From: Botryllus schlosseri
Lineage: Eukaryota
Assembly: GCA_051294905.1 (NCBI GenBank)
Contig: CM119371.1
Location: 33,544,001 to 33,608,000 of the forward strand
DNA length: 64,000 nt
Direction: 5' to 3'
This document shows positions 36,955 through 49,670 of this stretch, in pieces; the stretch's first letter is position 1; each line of letters starts with the position of its first letter. The position numbers and the translations under genes are program-made. The notes under the pieces were generated by a model. It had not been told where the DNA came from. It saw only the letters and a program-made list of their open reading frames with translations, and made no database searches.

Positions 36955-39900
36955 CACTGTAAAAAATCTGGTAGATTTACTGGGAAATCTCTGTAAATTT
37001 TACAACGAATTACCAGTCGCAGCCAATAACTGTGCGTAGCTTGTAATTTGACATTTTGATATGTAATATTACCTTAGTTGAGCTGTGAAGTCAAGTTACC
37101 AGAATTTCTTCGCAAAATTACTGACAGTTACTCGTAACTGCAGTTTACCAGGCTATTGGGAAGATTGATTAGCTTCATAATCGCTGCAGCCAATATATAC
37201 GTGGATATGAATGTTAATGATATATCATTCTCGTGGTGATTTGACTTGATTCAACTTCGTTTGCGAAACTGGGGTCTGTCGTACGGAAATTGTTGGCCCT
37301 AGTACCAATTTCAGTATACTACATAGTAGGGTACAAGATACAACTGACAATCGTAGCTAATGTGGTTACACCATAGCCATTAATTATATTATAAGGCTAT
37401 GGCTATACGGCCGCGTTCTCGCTGGTTACATTCGCTGTTACGGATAGGGCTGATAAGTTAGAAAATCAGTTTAGGATGTATTATATTGTTCGGGAAACTA
37501 GAAATATCAGCACCGCATGCTCAGTTGACCATTTGCTAATGGCGGACAAGGCGACCTGTACTAGGTTACAATAGGTTACCGTTACGCGTTACTGGTTTTC
37601 TGAGATTCGTGGTAAACAGCATACGCACAACTGTGACATCACAAGCAGCGTCTCGTTAAGTAAGTACAGTAAGTAGTGAACAACACTTGGGATAAATATC
37701 AATTTATACGAAATTAGATGGAAAAGAAAGGAACTATATGTAGTGATAAATGTTTCTGTATGAAAGAGAAATAACCTAAGTCAAACATTATAACGTGGCC
37801 AGCAAATATTATTGGTGGCATGTCAGCGGATGAATACCACTTATTTCGAAATCGTTCGAGTGTCGTATCGCAGAGATGCCACTCCTGGGTTTTTCCACCC
37901 AGATCTGGGTTTTTTGAGCATCACCTGGGTTTCTGGGTTTTTATCCTTGAAATCTGGGTTTTTTCAACATCCAGTTCGCCAGGTCAGTTTTACGCTCAAA
38001 AATTGATTATTAGATTCGTTTGGTCGCAATATCGTAAAATCCACGCACTTCAGTTCGCCATTGTCGATAGATTTTGCTGTTATTGTAACGACAAAGTGTT
38101 GAGAATCTATTTCACTACTAAAATAAGAGGCTTCCGCTTGATGCGATGGAGCTTCATTGAATGGTAACTTCTAGGTCGCAGAAAGTCATGTTCATATAGG
38201 ACCAATGCCAGTAGCGAACTCGGCACTTGGTGACCAATTCGGCATGTATCGATAAATATCATGTAACTGTATGGTATGCACAAGCACATGAACAGACCAA
38301 GTGATGATTCGACTAATATAATCCTATTGTTATCTGAGTATATTTACAGTTCCAACAGGGACACTCAGAGAGAGAGAGAGAGAGAGTTAGTTAGTTGGAC
38401 ACCCTAGCAAGTTAATCAGAGGCATTGGTTATCAGCACATTCGAACCCTAACCCTAACCCTGAATTTCATGATTTGGCAGTTACGGTATTTATTTTCACC
38501 ATACATTGGTCTGTGATTATTCCAAATAAAAGTGATTGTCGTAGGATTATTCAATCGAAAGCTACTTTCAATCTGTCCAGGTCGTTGAAAATACATGAAA
38601 TCATCCTTAGAAATAGGGAATGGATGGCATTGCATTGAACTTTCGCAGCGCGATGATATAATTAGTATCGGTACACTATTAAGTATTCAAGCTGCGCCCC
38701 AATTGTTTCATTGAGGTGTGTCGAGAGGAAAACAACATGTTTTTTGTGCGATTTGCAGTATTAACCAAGCAAAATGTGTATTATGAACTGTTGTAAATTC
38801 AATATCAAAGGCTTCAATGACTGTATGACTGTATTCGACGACTATCAGGCTCCACTTTCACAGCTATCTCGTGTCTTTTGAGTGAAATACAGGATCTGGG
38901 TTTTTCTGGGTTTATTTCGCCTCCACATCTGGGTTTTTCCGAAATATCCCAGTGGCATCTCTGTCGTATCGTTGTCTGGCCATTATTGAGATTGGAGCAA
39001 AGGGTGGAGCGAAGCTTGTGCTTGAAGAAAGTGGACACGATCGTGGAAGATTCCTAGGAACGCTGAATGGGATACGCATCGTAAAAGGTACAGTATTACA
39101 TAGTATTTGTTACCGTGAATATCTGCGACTGTGCAATGTGCACAGCACTTTGATATCATGATTGAAATATTTCATTCTCCGCATTCTGTTCTATTTTGGG
39201 ATATTAGTCGACCTATGTAGTGACCTGTGACACCACATACTCCGCCGCGAAGGAGTTGAATCTGTTGGCTTGTTTATGTCATTTTCGGGCCATAGCATGG
39301 AGATGTTTTCATCCACTGCTGGATTTGTTTGGCACACATGTCATCTCAAATGAGGAACCTTTTGCTTCAATACATTAGATAAAGTAAGTCATGAATCTCT
39401 GCTATATCATGTACAAGGCGGAGCCTTCATTACACAATGTACCAGTACCGGTACTTCAAAACATGTTACCGTGTATTTTTGTTAGCCTATTTGTCTTAAT
39501 AGTCTTTATAATGTCATGTCTAGGTTAGGAAATTTGCTGTATATAGCGACTTACTCATGAATTCTTTTTAGTGGAACTGCAAGATACTAGTTACACAGAA
39601 GGATTGAGGACGAGGAAAAGAAACAATTGGAAGTTTGACCGGTGGTGGAATTAATTCACCTTTTCTTGCGACCACTCGTGTTACTGCATGTCTCCTAAAG
39701 ATGAATTAGACCTCCAGCAGCAATACTTTTCCATCGATTACCACTTCATCGTGATATCATGAATGAATATACAGTTTGTTCCAATGTCGTTTTGGGAGTG
39801 TGAAGAAAATTTTGCGATATTTTAGCATCGGGTTGCTTTGCGATAGGTATGGATGTACGTGAATTTACAAGCTGGTATGTAATCCTGATTTAGGTAGGTA

Positions 39901-40124
39901 GGTAGGTAGGTAGGCGGTCTCGGTCTCAAATGTACAGGAGAACATGTAGATTGGATATACCGGAGGGGACTGTAACATTACAGTCTGGCGTGTAAAGTGA
40001 GATTACCGGACGAGTGTAAGTTGAATTTGCATTGACTAACGGTAATGTTAGATTACCACGAAATGTCTGGCTACCGTGCTTCCAAACATTTCGCGGTAAA
40101 TCGAGGTTTTTATTTTTTACAGTG
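36955..40124. mobile_element. Non-autonomous CACTA/EnSpm (CMC)-type element
   Basis: 13-bp TIR CACTGTAAAAAAT/ATTTTTTACAGTG with 2-bp TSD TG, and TTAC/GTAA-rich subtermini. Confidence 0.75.
37871..38963. mobile_element. hAT MITE nested in the CACTA element
   Basis: TIR CAGAGATGCCACT/AGTGGCATCTCTG, perfect TSD TCGTATCG, CTGGGTTTTT repeats. Confidence 0.92.
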
Positions 40125-41455
40125 TGCTTCAGCGTCTGCGCTGTATGACCTACTAATTATATTCTCCGTCCGAATTTTCGAATTAAACAATAAAGGGGCA
40201 CCAACGAACAGTGTGACCTTCATCATTTGTCCGTAACTTGATGAGTCCGTAGCAATTCCACATATGATTGTTATATCCTCATCATCAGGTATAGGTTGAA
40301 AAAGCCTGCTATCATGCGTACCTATAACATTCAATCCAACTGAAATGTATAGTGTCATCAGCTCGTACGACGCAGCAGTTTTGATCGAAAAATCGAACTC
40401 ATTTAGTCGTCATCACATACACAGATAAAAGGAACTCTGCATGTCCAAAGATAAACAAGTAGTCATGATGAAGCTGAAGTGTGGCGATCTAGAATTGAAT
40501 TGCAGCCAACTACAAATATACGTAAATAATAATAGTAACTTGTAGTTGTCATAACGTCACAATTCGGCGACAGAAGTGTCGAAACAAATACTAACAAACA
40601 TTCTGTGGCATCAGATACATAGCCGAAATGTCGGGTTCGCACAACGCATGGTCAGCAATGTTAATTATAGGACTACGCCCAACAATACTGCGTTATATGC
40701 ATTGTACAAACTAGGGAATCGGTACACTTTATAATCGGTACAGATCTTTAAGTTCTCCTTAGTCAGATTTTGGCAGCAATTACGATACGTTCGTTCGAGT
40801 GATTGCAACATTATGCCTTTTGGGGTTGAAGTATTGCGTATCGCCATCATCACTATTCATTATGACAGAACTGGAGAGTGACAGTCGCATTACCGTGTAG
40901 TTGTTATAATGCAGCTCTAGCAGACACTTGATATCAGTCACACATTGAACTAAATTGCTTACTGGCACAGAGTCATCCAACAGTCATTCAAGCTATCTTG
41001 ACGTCTCGACTATTTACGTTTGATGAAAAACAAAGCGGGGGTGTGATATCAAATTGTTGACCGCACAAGACAAAACACAATCCCAGTCGATCTGAAAGAA
41101 ATCAACATGGTGGATTGTAACATTATGCTTGTAACTTTATCAGACACTCCGCAATGAGAATTGTCAATATCACACCCGATAAATTGCAAATAGCGCTGCA
41201 TGCGCTACGCTACGAATCCGAAAGAAAAAGTGAACTCGGCCGTGATCATGAGCTTCCTGCTCGCAATGTCAATAGCGCTTTGGTCACAAAGTTTTAGAAA
41301 ACGACAGCTGTAGCCATGATTTGTTAGCGTACAGATTTACATCGACACACGAAGTCTTCATGAATTCAGTTCTCTCCATGCAGGTCCACCAGACGTGATG
41401 GTGACGGTGATGGTGTTGCTCTCGTGGTTACATCCATCCATCCCGCACTCACAAG

Positions 41456-42591
41456 TAGCGTTGGGACCCCGGGAATTCCCGATCCCGGGATCCCGGGATT
41501 TGAAGCAATCCCGATCCCGGGATTAGCCCCAATGAAATCCCGGGATTTGTGAACAGCATCTACCAGGGCTTACGTAGCGTCATGTGTCATTTTTTGGTAA
41601 TAAAGCAGTGTCAAAAACTAGACAGGTTGTCTAAAACATTGTTTCTTAACCTTACGTCCCTACAGCGTCCCTTTACGAAAATGGCCTACGTCTGGCGCCC
41701 CCGCCCATATTTTAAGGATATTTCGCCAACAAATTACGAAACCATCTAAGCGATGATACTCTTTATCAGTGGTTCCTAACCAATTTGAATGTCGGAGCCG
41801 CATTTCAAACTTCATAGTATACGCATGGAGCCGCATTAAAACACCCGATTAGACTATATACTGATTCTAAAGGTATCTGATAACCTACCTCTAAATCTCA
41901 CCATCTAGCAAACTCAAAAGCACGCACATGCACAATTGCACATAGACTTCTACAGATTGTATATCTGTTATTCTAGCATTGGTAAGATTGGCAAGAGCTA
42001 TGCATTGAAATAATTTGAAAATGCATAACATTACTCAACATACTATTTTGTTGTTATGTGATAACTCATCATACATTCCAGCACTTGATACACAAGTTTG
42101 TGGAGGAGGATTATTCTATGAAAAATATTGGACTTATTGCAATTTATACTTGACTATGAGCCGTTATTTTAATGTTAGTTAAATTGTGTCGTAATTTACT
42201 CTTCAAAAATACGATATATAGAGGTTTACGAGCAGTAGAACTCAAGATATGTCGTTGTCTGACGGGTATTCCTCCGTGCGTTTGACGCTATAGTCTGCGA
42301 GAATTCTGTTTCTCTGTTTTCAGAAGCGGCCTTGGACGACTTTAGAGATATCTAATATTCCTCATTTCAGCATTCATATACAAACAACAACTGTCGTCTA
42401 TTATATTTTGTGGCATATTTAGAGGTCACTCAGAGCCGCAAGAAGGCTACCTTGGAGCCGCGGTTGGGAATCAATATTACAAGGAATAAATGTTATTTAT
42501 GTAGCTTGCATTATGCGTATTTTACTATTTTGCTAATCCCGGGAAATCCCGATCCCGGGATTTCAAATTCGATCCCGAAGTCCCAACCCTA
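41456..42591. mobile_element. hAT MITE with ATCCCGGGAT repeats (nested Charlie-like MITE ~41767-42477)
   Basis: TAGCGTTGGGAC/GTCCCAACCCTA termini, perfect TSD CTCACAAG. Confidence 0.9.
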
Positions 42592-42984
42592 CTCACAAGC
42601 GTATTCAAACTTGAATTTGTTTTCAAACCACGTGGTTACACGAATCCATAGCTTACAGAATTCTTTTCGTATACAGAACCACTACAAATATTCGGAGCTA
42701 ATGATGCATACTAGGCCGATGATTATCAAGTGTCCTCAGAAGTCAGTATCTATCACGGTTGTTCAAGAACATCTTTTTACACATGTCACTGGCTATTCTA
42801 ACATCACAGAGTATGTGCATATCTTGAGACAGGTATTTGATACTTCGCGATATAACCGCGTAATCGATGCCAATAAAAGCCCAGTAGTGAGCTGTGCTGA
42901 AAGCTGGAATCATGATGAAAAACATCTGTGTGATGTTAAATGACGAATTTAGTCGAAGTCGAAACCCCTATGAATACCGAAACT

Positions 42985-43306
42985 AGGAAAGGAAGGAAAG
43001 GACGTAGTTTATTTTTGTCCTTGATGTTTTTTGCGGCATATACACCGACTCATGATACACATACACACGATCTGCGCATATGCATACCATAAGTGCATGA
43101 TGTGCATATGCCGCTGGACAAGGAAGTGCAGATATAGCCTTTACGGCTTTCTAAGTCATGCATCACCCCTCCATGCTATCCCAGTAATGCATGAGCGCCA
43201 AGCAGGGAAGCCATGGATACCAGTGTTACTGGTCTTTGGTCTGACCCGGCCGGGGATCGAACCCACGACCTACCGATCAAGAAGCCGGACGCTTAACCAT
43301 TACGCT
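42985..43306 (-). mobile_element. tRNA-derived SINE
   Basis: Minus-strand head GCGTAATGGTTAAGCG (A box)...GGTTCGATCC (B box), then a GGTCAGACCAAAGAC...CTTCCCTGCTTGGCGCTCA core. The 3' boundary (CCTTT-rich tail) is approximate. Confidence 0.78.
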
Positions 43307-46300
43307 TAACTCTACGCGACACATGTATAAGGACGTAACTCATTTGCGCTAATCCAAACGATTGGTCAACAGCGGGCCTCCAGGTCCGGCTTTCGTTGCT
43401 GCTTCTTATTGCTGTTTCCCTTTGTACAGTACAATCTAGATCAGTTGTTCTGAGCCGGTGTTACACGATACACTATGGTTTCCGCAAACCAGTGTCAGGG
43501 ATTTTCCGCCGGAGGTCAACATACACAGAACTCATACAGGCCATCATTGGTTACAGGCAATTAGGCGCGATGAATAACCGAATTGTGAATGCCATGGTTT
43601 CAGGTCGTGTGCGTGCTGCATGTAAAGGGTCCGGGTACAAATTCGAATCCCCGTCGTTTTAAAATGCCGAATCCATCTCCAATATTAATTGCAGTGATTC
43701 TTAACCAATGGTCCATGCAACACTAGCGCGTCCTTGAGCCAGTCTCGGGTGTTCTTTGGAGGTCAAGACACACATGCAACTCATACGTATGACTGGTGAA
43801 GATATGCCAGCCTCGGTTATCATGCATCTAGGCCTGATCAGTTGTCGAATTCTGACTGCTGTGGTGGTACTTCCTGTAGAATGGCGTCCGCTAGAGAGGC
43901 TTGGGCTTGAAATCGGAAGCCTAGTCTTACTGGAGTGCAAATTGTATCTCAAATGTTTTCGTTTTGTACGGAAACCATATTTTAATGGGTTTGTCCTTTA
44001 AACGCTCTGTCGATGCGCAGCTCATTTTTCGCACCAGCATTCTATAGTGATGTATTGTATCTGTGTATTCGGGTACATCTTTATTGGGGTTCCACGAAGG
44101 CTCGCCGATTAGCTCAAGTGTTGCGCGGGTTAGTACAAGTTAAGGACCACTGATATAGATATCATAATAAGGTGTCACTAGGTACATCTATACTGGTGAA
44201 TGTACAATGTACATGTGTTATCAGTATGCAGTACGCAGTATTCACTAGGGCTGTTCAAAAATAACTTTTTTTTACGGATTCCTGCCATTCACTGATTATA
44301 TTGTCAAGTGACCTCAAAAAACGATGCACACGAAATTCGGTTCAATTCTAACAAGTATAAGACTCTGCAGATCCAATTAATATTTATTATTTATTAGGGA
44401 AAATTGAGAAAACACAATTTCAATTTTTTCTGTCAACCCCATGAAATTGTTGAGTTGTCTTCGAAGACGATGCAAAATAAATTTGAGTCAATTCCAACTA
44501 GTGGAAGCGGATTTATTCTAGTTTTACGTTGATAATTCTATTATTATTATCCACTAATCAAGGATAATCCGAGAGTTATCAACGAAAAACTCAAATAATT
44601 CCGATTCTACCAGTTGTAATGGACTTTGATTGATTCGCTCGAACCACAAATTTCCTATTTATGCCCATTCCCACTACAGTCTGCCCACTATATTAGCTCT
44701 AAAACGTGTAAAGGAGGACGGATTGCCAAAAAGAAGGACATTTAGGCATCCTCGGGGGACATTTTCATTAACCCGACAAAGGAGGACAAATCCTCCTAAA
44801 CGCGGACGTATGGTAACCCTCATATATATGGGATCATGTATTCTCACCAATATAATAATTATTCATTCATTAGTTCATATGTATATGTGTATTGTGTGGT
44901 GTGTACGTTGCAAATTCATCTGTAGCAGGGCACCTCATATCTTTCTATAGTAGTATACCGATAGACATGTCTGAAAGGCTGCAGGCGTTCTTCGTCGTGT
45001 TTCTCGGTTGCCGAGATGTCACTACTCGATGCATAGTGAACGAAATATTTATGACGTGACATGTGTTATACACAATGTGCAGCACAGACACGTAGCCTAA
45101 TATCTTAAAAATTTCGCATTCAGTGGCTGTTATTAGGCTTATTGTACCTGCGGTAAGTTTACATCCTGTTTCACTAAATCACTTCTGCGCGCATCATTGT
45201 GAGTAAGAATTGAATGTATACCCAGGACTAAAGCCTACATGCGATTGTTTATGATTCATCCAATTCAATCATATGTGTATGCGTATTATGGGTAGTCTAT
45301 GTCGCGAAATGATATGTAGCAGGATGCATCAGTGCCTCACCGCCAAATCCATTTTCTGTGTCGTTTCGTGGATTGATATGGGTTAGTGACATCATATTTA
45401 ATTGGTGACGACAGGTCTCGATAATTCCGTGATTTCTATGTCTAAGCACGAGTTACTAACGAGATATAAGTTACGAGAACCTAACCTCGAATCGTTGGGT
45501 ATTCAGTGCAAAGGGGATTTCAGGTAGTCAGCTCTCGCGATGTAAGCCCACTGAGCACACCGCAACATCACGAAGTTAGGCTACATGGCTTGATTAATGC
45601 AGGTGTTATAATACCAGTCAGTTTTAACTAGGGGAGATCCAATTCCACGACGAATCCCACGTATTGAGCTTCAACTTTTTGCCATCATGTGGTCACGAAT
45701 CTTCAATGGTGACGTCACGGTTTACTGACATTGCTCTATCTCACATCGGGAAATACAATTGTAATATTGCTCCAATATGGCTCCTTTACCGAAAAGGGTT
45801 CCGACGCGTGGCGTGAAGTGCGACGATAATACTCACTGTGACTTGGTAAAGGTAGCGAAAAGTTCAAAATAGAGTTTTGTCACCATAAGTATGCAATCTC
45901 TACTAGAGCGGTCTAATAACAGATATTGCAAATATTGGTGGAAAATTAGGGGGAAGCGGTTGGAGGACATTTCGTATATATTTCGCCAGGAATCGATGTT
46001 TTGAGACTAATCGAGAGATTTGCAGTTGCCCAGGCTTCTCTCGTTCTGTTGGCGATGCTTGTCGTCGGAATGTCTCCCAAACTGGTCTAATAGGTAAATA
46101 CATACGGCTTATTTAAAGAATGTGCATTGTGCAAACCAGGGATTCTGTCACCCGACGTTGGATGGTTCATGAGCGCAATTTTTAACCGCATATTCGCCCA
46201 TATCAAAATTCCATCACAGTAAATAGAACTCAGCAAAACCTTTGGAAATACATGATCTACATATTTTCATTTGCCTTCATAATCACACAAAAAGTAAATC

Positions 46301-47286
46301 TAGTATCCGATACAACTTTTCCGTATCGGCCATCGTCTCATTAATAACTATGGGTTTTGTAACACGAGGAAGGGCTCCCTACCATGACAATATCCGAAAA
46401 AGGGTATTCAAGATGGTTGTGTTTAATCCGCAGAGTTAATCAGTTACGTAGTAGCCTACTTCTACTGTTTCGGCCTTCTCAAGTATGTTTTACCTATACC
46501 TGCACTGTTTACGCATATGTTTGTAATTATTGATTACTTCTACTTATACGTAACTGTTTCAGTCAGGTCCCGTATACTTACCTTTTTACTTACTTGAAAA
46601 TCGCTACTACTGCTTGTACTTGGGTGGAAATTTGCTTACTTACTTACTTGATTACTAACGATGAATACTTCAACGATGACCATCTTTAACGGTAAGCCAA
46701 TACCGACTTTTCCTGCATCAGCTATTCATAATTGTTATGATACTTCACCCTATGCACGCACACATTCCATAGTGAAAGCTTTGGCAGAGATCTCAATGGG
46801 CGACAATGATTCAAATGTTCTAACTATAGAATGTAAACGTGGAATGGCAACGACCGATTTTGCAGCTTCGTTCCGCTTCGCTGAAGCTTTACTCAGACTT
46901 ATTTTACGGCAGCTACTGTAGGATTTCTGACAATCCAAAAGTTGTCTTACCAAGCTCAGAACTTACTGAATGTGGTCTTGATCGAAAGCTACTGTCACTG
47001 TGACTCGGTCTAGACCCGTTATTGTTCCCTGTCTTGGAATCGGACTTGACTTAGCGGGGAATTGAAAATCAATAGACTTGACTCAAGTCAAACTATAAAA
47101 TTGATATTTATTTGTGACTCGGAACCTCGTGACTTGGTTTAAGCCCTGAAGTGTTGAATCGATAGAAACTTTAATGTTCTCGGTTGCAACTTAAGAAAAT
47201 TTTGTACCTGTCGGTCCACCGATCCCACACAATCCAATGCGGTCTATAGTTGTGATGAGTTTGCGTAACCCGTCAGTTATTTACAG

Positions 47287-48011
47287 CAATAAACCAGGAG
47301 CTGCAGGAGCTGAAAACAGAAATTTGCGGCAAGAAAGAAGTGGATTTTATTGAAATTATTGGGCGTTTGCGCAACATCAAATTTCGCGGTGATCCGAAAA
47401 CCTTTGAAGAAGGTTTGAGAGGCCGAAATAAAACAGATCCAGTCACTTCAGCATTATCATATATTCTTGCTGTATCCATGCATAGAAGGTTTAGCGAGCC
47501 TAAGCCCAAAGATTCCACGTATTGCTTCCATAAGATTTTCCTGGCTATTCACGAATTCCGGAAAGAGGAGGAGCACCGGAAACTCTTGAAGAACGATGCA
47601 ACGACGGATAGTGTAACTGACATCCTGATTAAACTCACGCTAGAGATGTACAAGGCGGAATTCAGGAAATTACAAGAAAAAGAAGGTGAAGCTTTAGAAA
47701 AGAATCAGAATCTTGCGGCAATAGGTTATGCCGCGACATGGATAACGGCAACATGCTTGGAGAGTCCGCGTTGGTTGAAAGAGGCCGATCAATTTTACGA
47801 GATCGGTGAGTGATTTGAAAAAGCAACTGGTAATTTGGAAGATTTGGCACGATTGTATAACTCACGTGCGAAATATTTGGCCATGATCGGAGATGCTCAA
47901 GAGGAAGTAAACCGTTTTTTCAAGTTAGCTGAGGACACAGTGGAGAAGATGCCGGAAAGTGACAGAAAGACGAAAGACAAACTCCTGGAACTCATCACAA
48001 AATCTCGCTAG
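47287..48011 (+). pseudogene. Probable terminal exon of a helical (TPR-like) protein gene with one in-frame TGA
   Basis: TTATTTACAG acceptor. One frame is open for ~240 codons except TGA 47811-13. Charged amphipathic helices, e.g. LARLYNSRAKYLAMIGD..EEVNRFFKLA. Ends at TAG 48009-11. Confidence 0.55.
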
Positions 48012-49243
48012 GAATATGAGAAGAAATGTGCGTTTTATGCAAATCTCCTTATCGTGATCGCATGTTACAGCGATGTGCTTGTGCCTGTGCTTTAGTTTCT
48101 GTAACAAACCTTTCCCCCAACGGAATGTAACTGTATTTGCTTGCGTAGCGTAATCGTTTATCACATGGATTGCAAATGTGAAACCAAGCATAAGCCGCAA
48201 CATTCCCATCACTCAAGTCTTTGAATATAAGGTACAGGAAGAGCTACATGGCACATATGAATATGTATAAGTCGACTTTTGCCGATTACTGTTACCCTAC
48301 TTAAAACGGCTTTGATGACAAAACGCGCAAAGCACTGTTTTATTGACAAAAGTACAAATTTCGATTAAGTTAAGTGGGTAGGGATAAATCCAACATCCTA
48401 GTCCCGAATCGAAAATCGAGAGAGCTTTCCCAATAAATTTCTGTACGTCAACGCGGTGCGCGACGAAATATTTCGAGAGTTGATAAATTTTGTCGGATTT
48501 TAATTTGCAATTAGAACTCATTATTCATACGTCCCTACTGCACCATCTACACTTCGATTTTTTCAACGACCCCCATATCGCCCCCTGAGTGTTTCCGCCC
48601 CCTTCAAAATCCAAACCGCCCCTAGGGGGCGCTGGGGCAAGGTTAAGAACCACTGCTCTAGCATTACGTTGAAGTAAAGTAATTTCAAGTGTCATCGCCC
48701 CACTTCTCTCGAATTGTACCGTATTTACTGCATGACTCATAATGTAGCCAGATTCAAGGTTGTTCGTTGGTATTCACACCTATCTGGACCTACTTCTCGC
48801 AAATTTGCATTTGCGGCATGAGTCGGTATTTTCAAACCATTACAATCTCGTACGGGTTTTATTTGGTGTATTTTGGTCCTTTGTCAGTGGCGCGCCCATC
48901 TCATCGGATATTGGGGCATTTTCCCACCATTGATTATGCGCTATAACAATATTAACAACATCGTTTTTTATTTGCAGACGGAGTGAAAAGAAATTAGCAA
49001 GATTGCGATGAAAATGGTGGTATTTCAGTGTTTTCGCTCGTAAATGCCGGCTGTCATATACATTTTCTTGTTCCAGTAGCGCTCATAACCATCTTTTACT
49101 CATCTGCTCCCTAAAATCTGCTGACAATGAAGAATGGAACGATTTAGTTTAGATTCTCTGTTTATCCTACTCCAGAAAATTAGTGGATTTGTACTGGCTT
49201 GTATTATCCAAGCATGTATATGATATAGCAATGGGATATGTGT

Positions 49244-49670
49244 CAGAGAGGAGCATGGATTAGGATTAGGTTTTGAAAAAAAAGGATTTGTGAAATTTTG
49301 TCGGATTTGGATTGGATTTGGATTAGAAATTTTTTTCAGAACGGATTAGGATTTGGATTGGATTTACCTATTTTCTGGGAGATTGAAATGTCGTGTGGCG
49401 AATGGCGACAAACTTTATTCAGATCAGTTATTAATGTACTCATGGTTACTAAGTTATCTTGGATCAAGTGAATCGTTGGTTGTGAAAGAAAATTTTCGTA
49501 TCCCTTCATTGCACAAATTAGTATTTTTTCTGAATTTCCAGTTGGAATCGGATTAGGATTGGACATGGACTTAAATATGAAAAAGGTATGGATTAAGATT
49601 TGGATTTGGATTTGAAGGTTCGGATTTGGATTGGATTAGGACATAGAAATTTCAAATCCGCTCATCTCTG
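49244..49670. mobile_element. hAT MITE with GGATTT/GGATTA repeats
   Basis: CAGAGAGGAGC/GCTCATCTCTG termini, perfect TSD ATATGTGT. Related fragment at ~20780-20905. Confidence 0.9.

Noticed and set aside
38445..38462. Telomere-like (CCCTAA)n
   Set aside because: Only 2-3 units inside a MITE.
42410..42943. 177-aa ORF
   Set aside because: Begins inside MITE termini, runs through ATCCCGGGAT repeats, and has no recognisable domain.
43235..43306. tRNA gene
   Set aside because: A and B boxes are present, but there is no acceptor stem or terminator, and it continues into a SINE core with a second decayed copy.
46661..46921. 86-aa ORF as an upstream exon of the TPR-like gene
   Set aside because: No clear splice sites, lies among MITE fragments, and more resembles a hAT transposase scrap; too weak to call.
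18084..47813. Alternative genetic code (TGA=Trp) suggested by several TGA at Trp-like positions
   Set aside because: TGG is used in the same frames, and TAG stops and frameshifts also occur, so ordinary pseudogene decay explains it.
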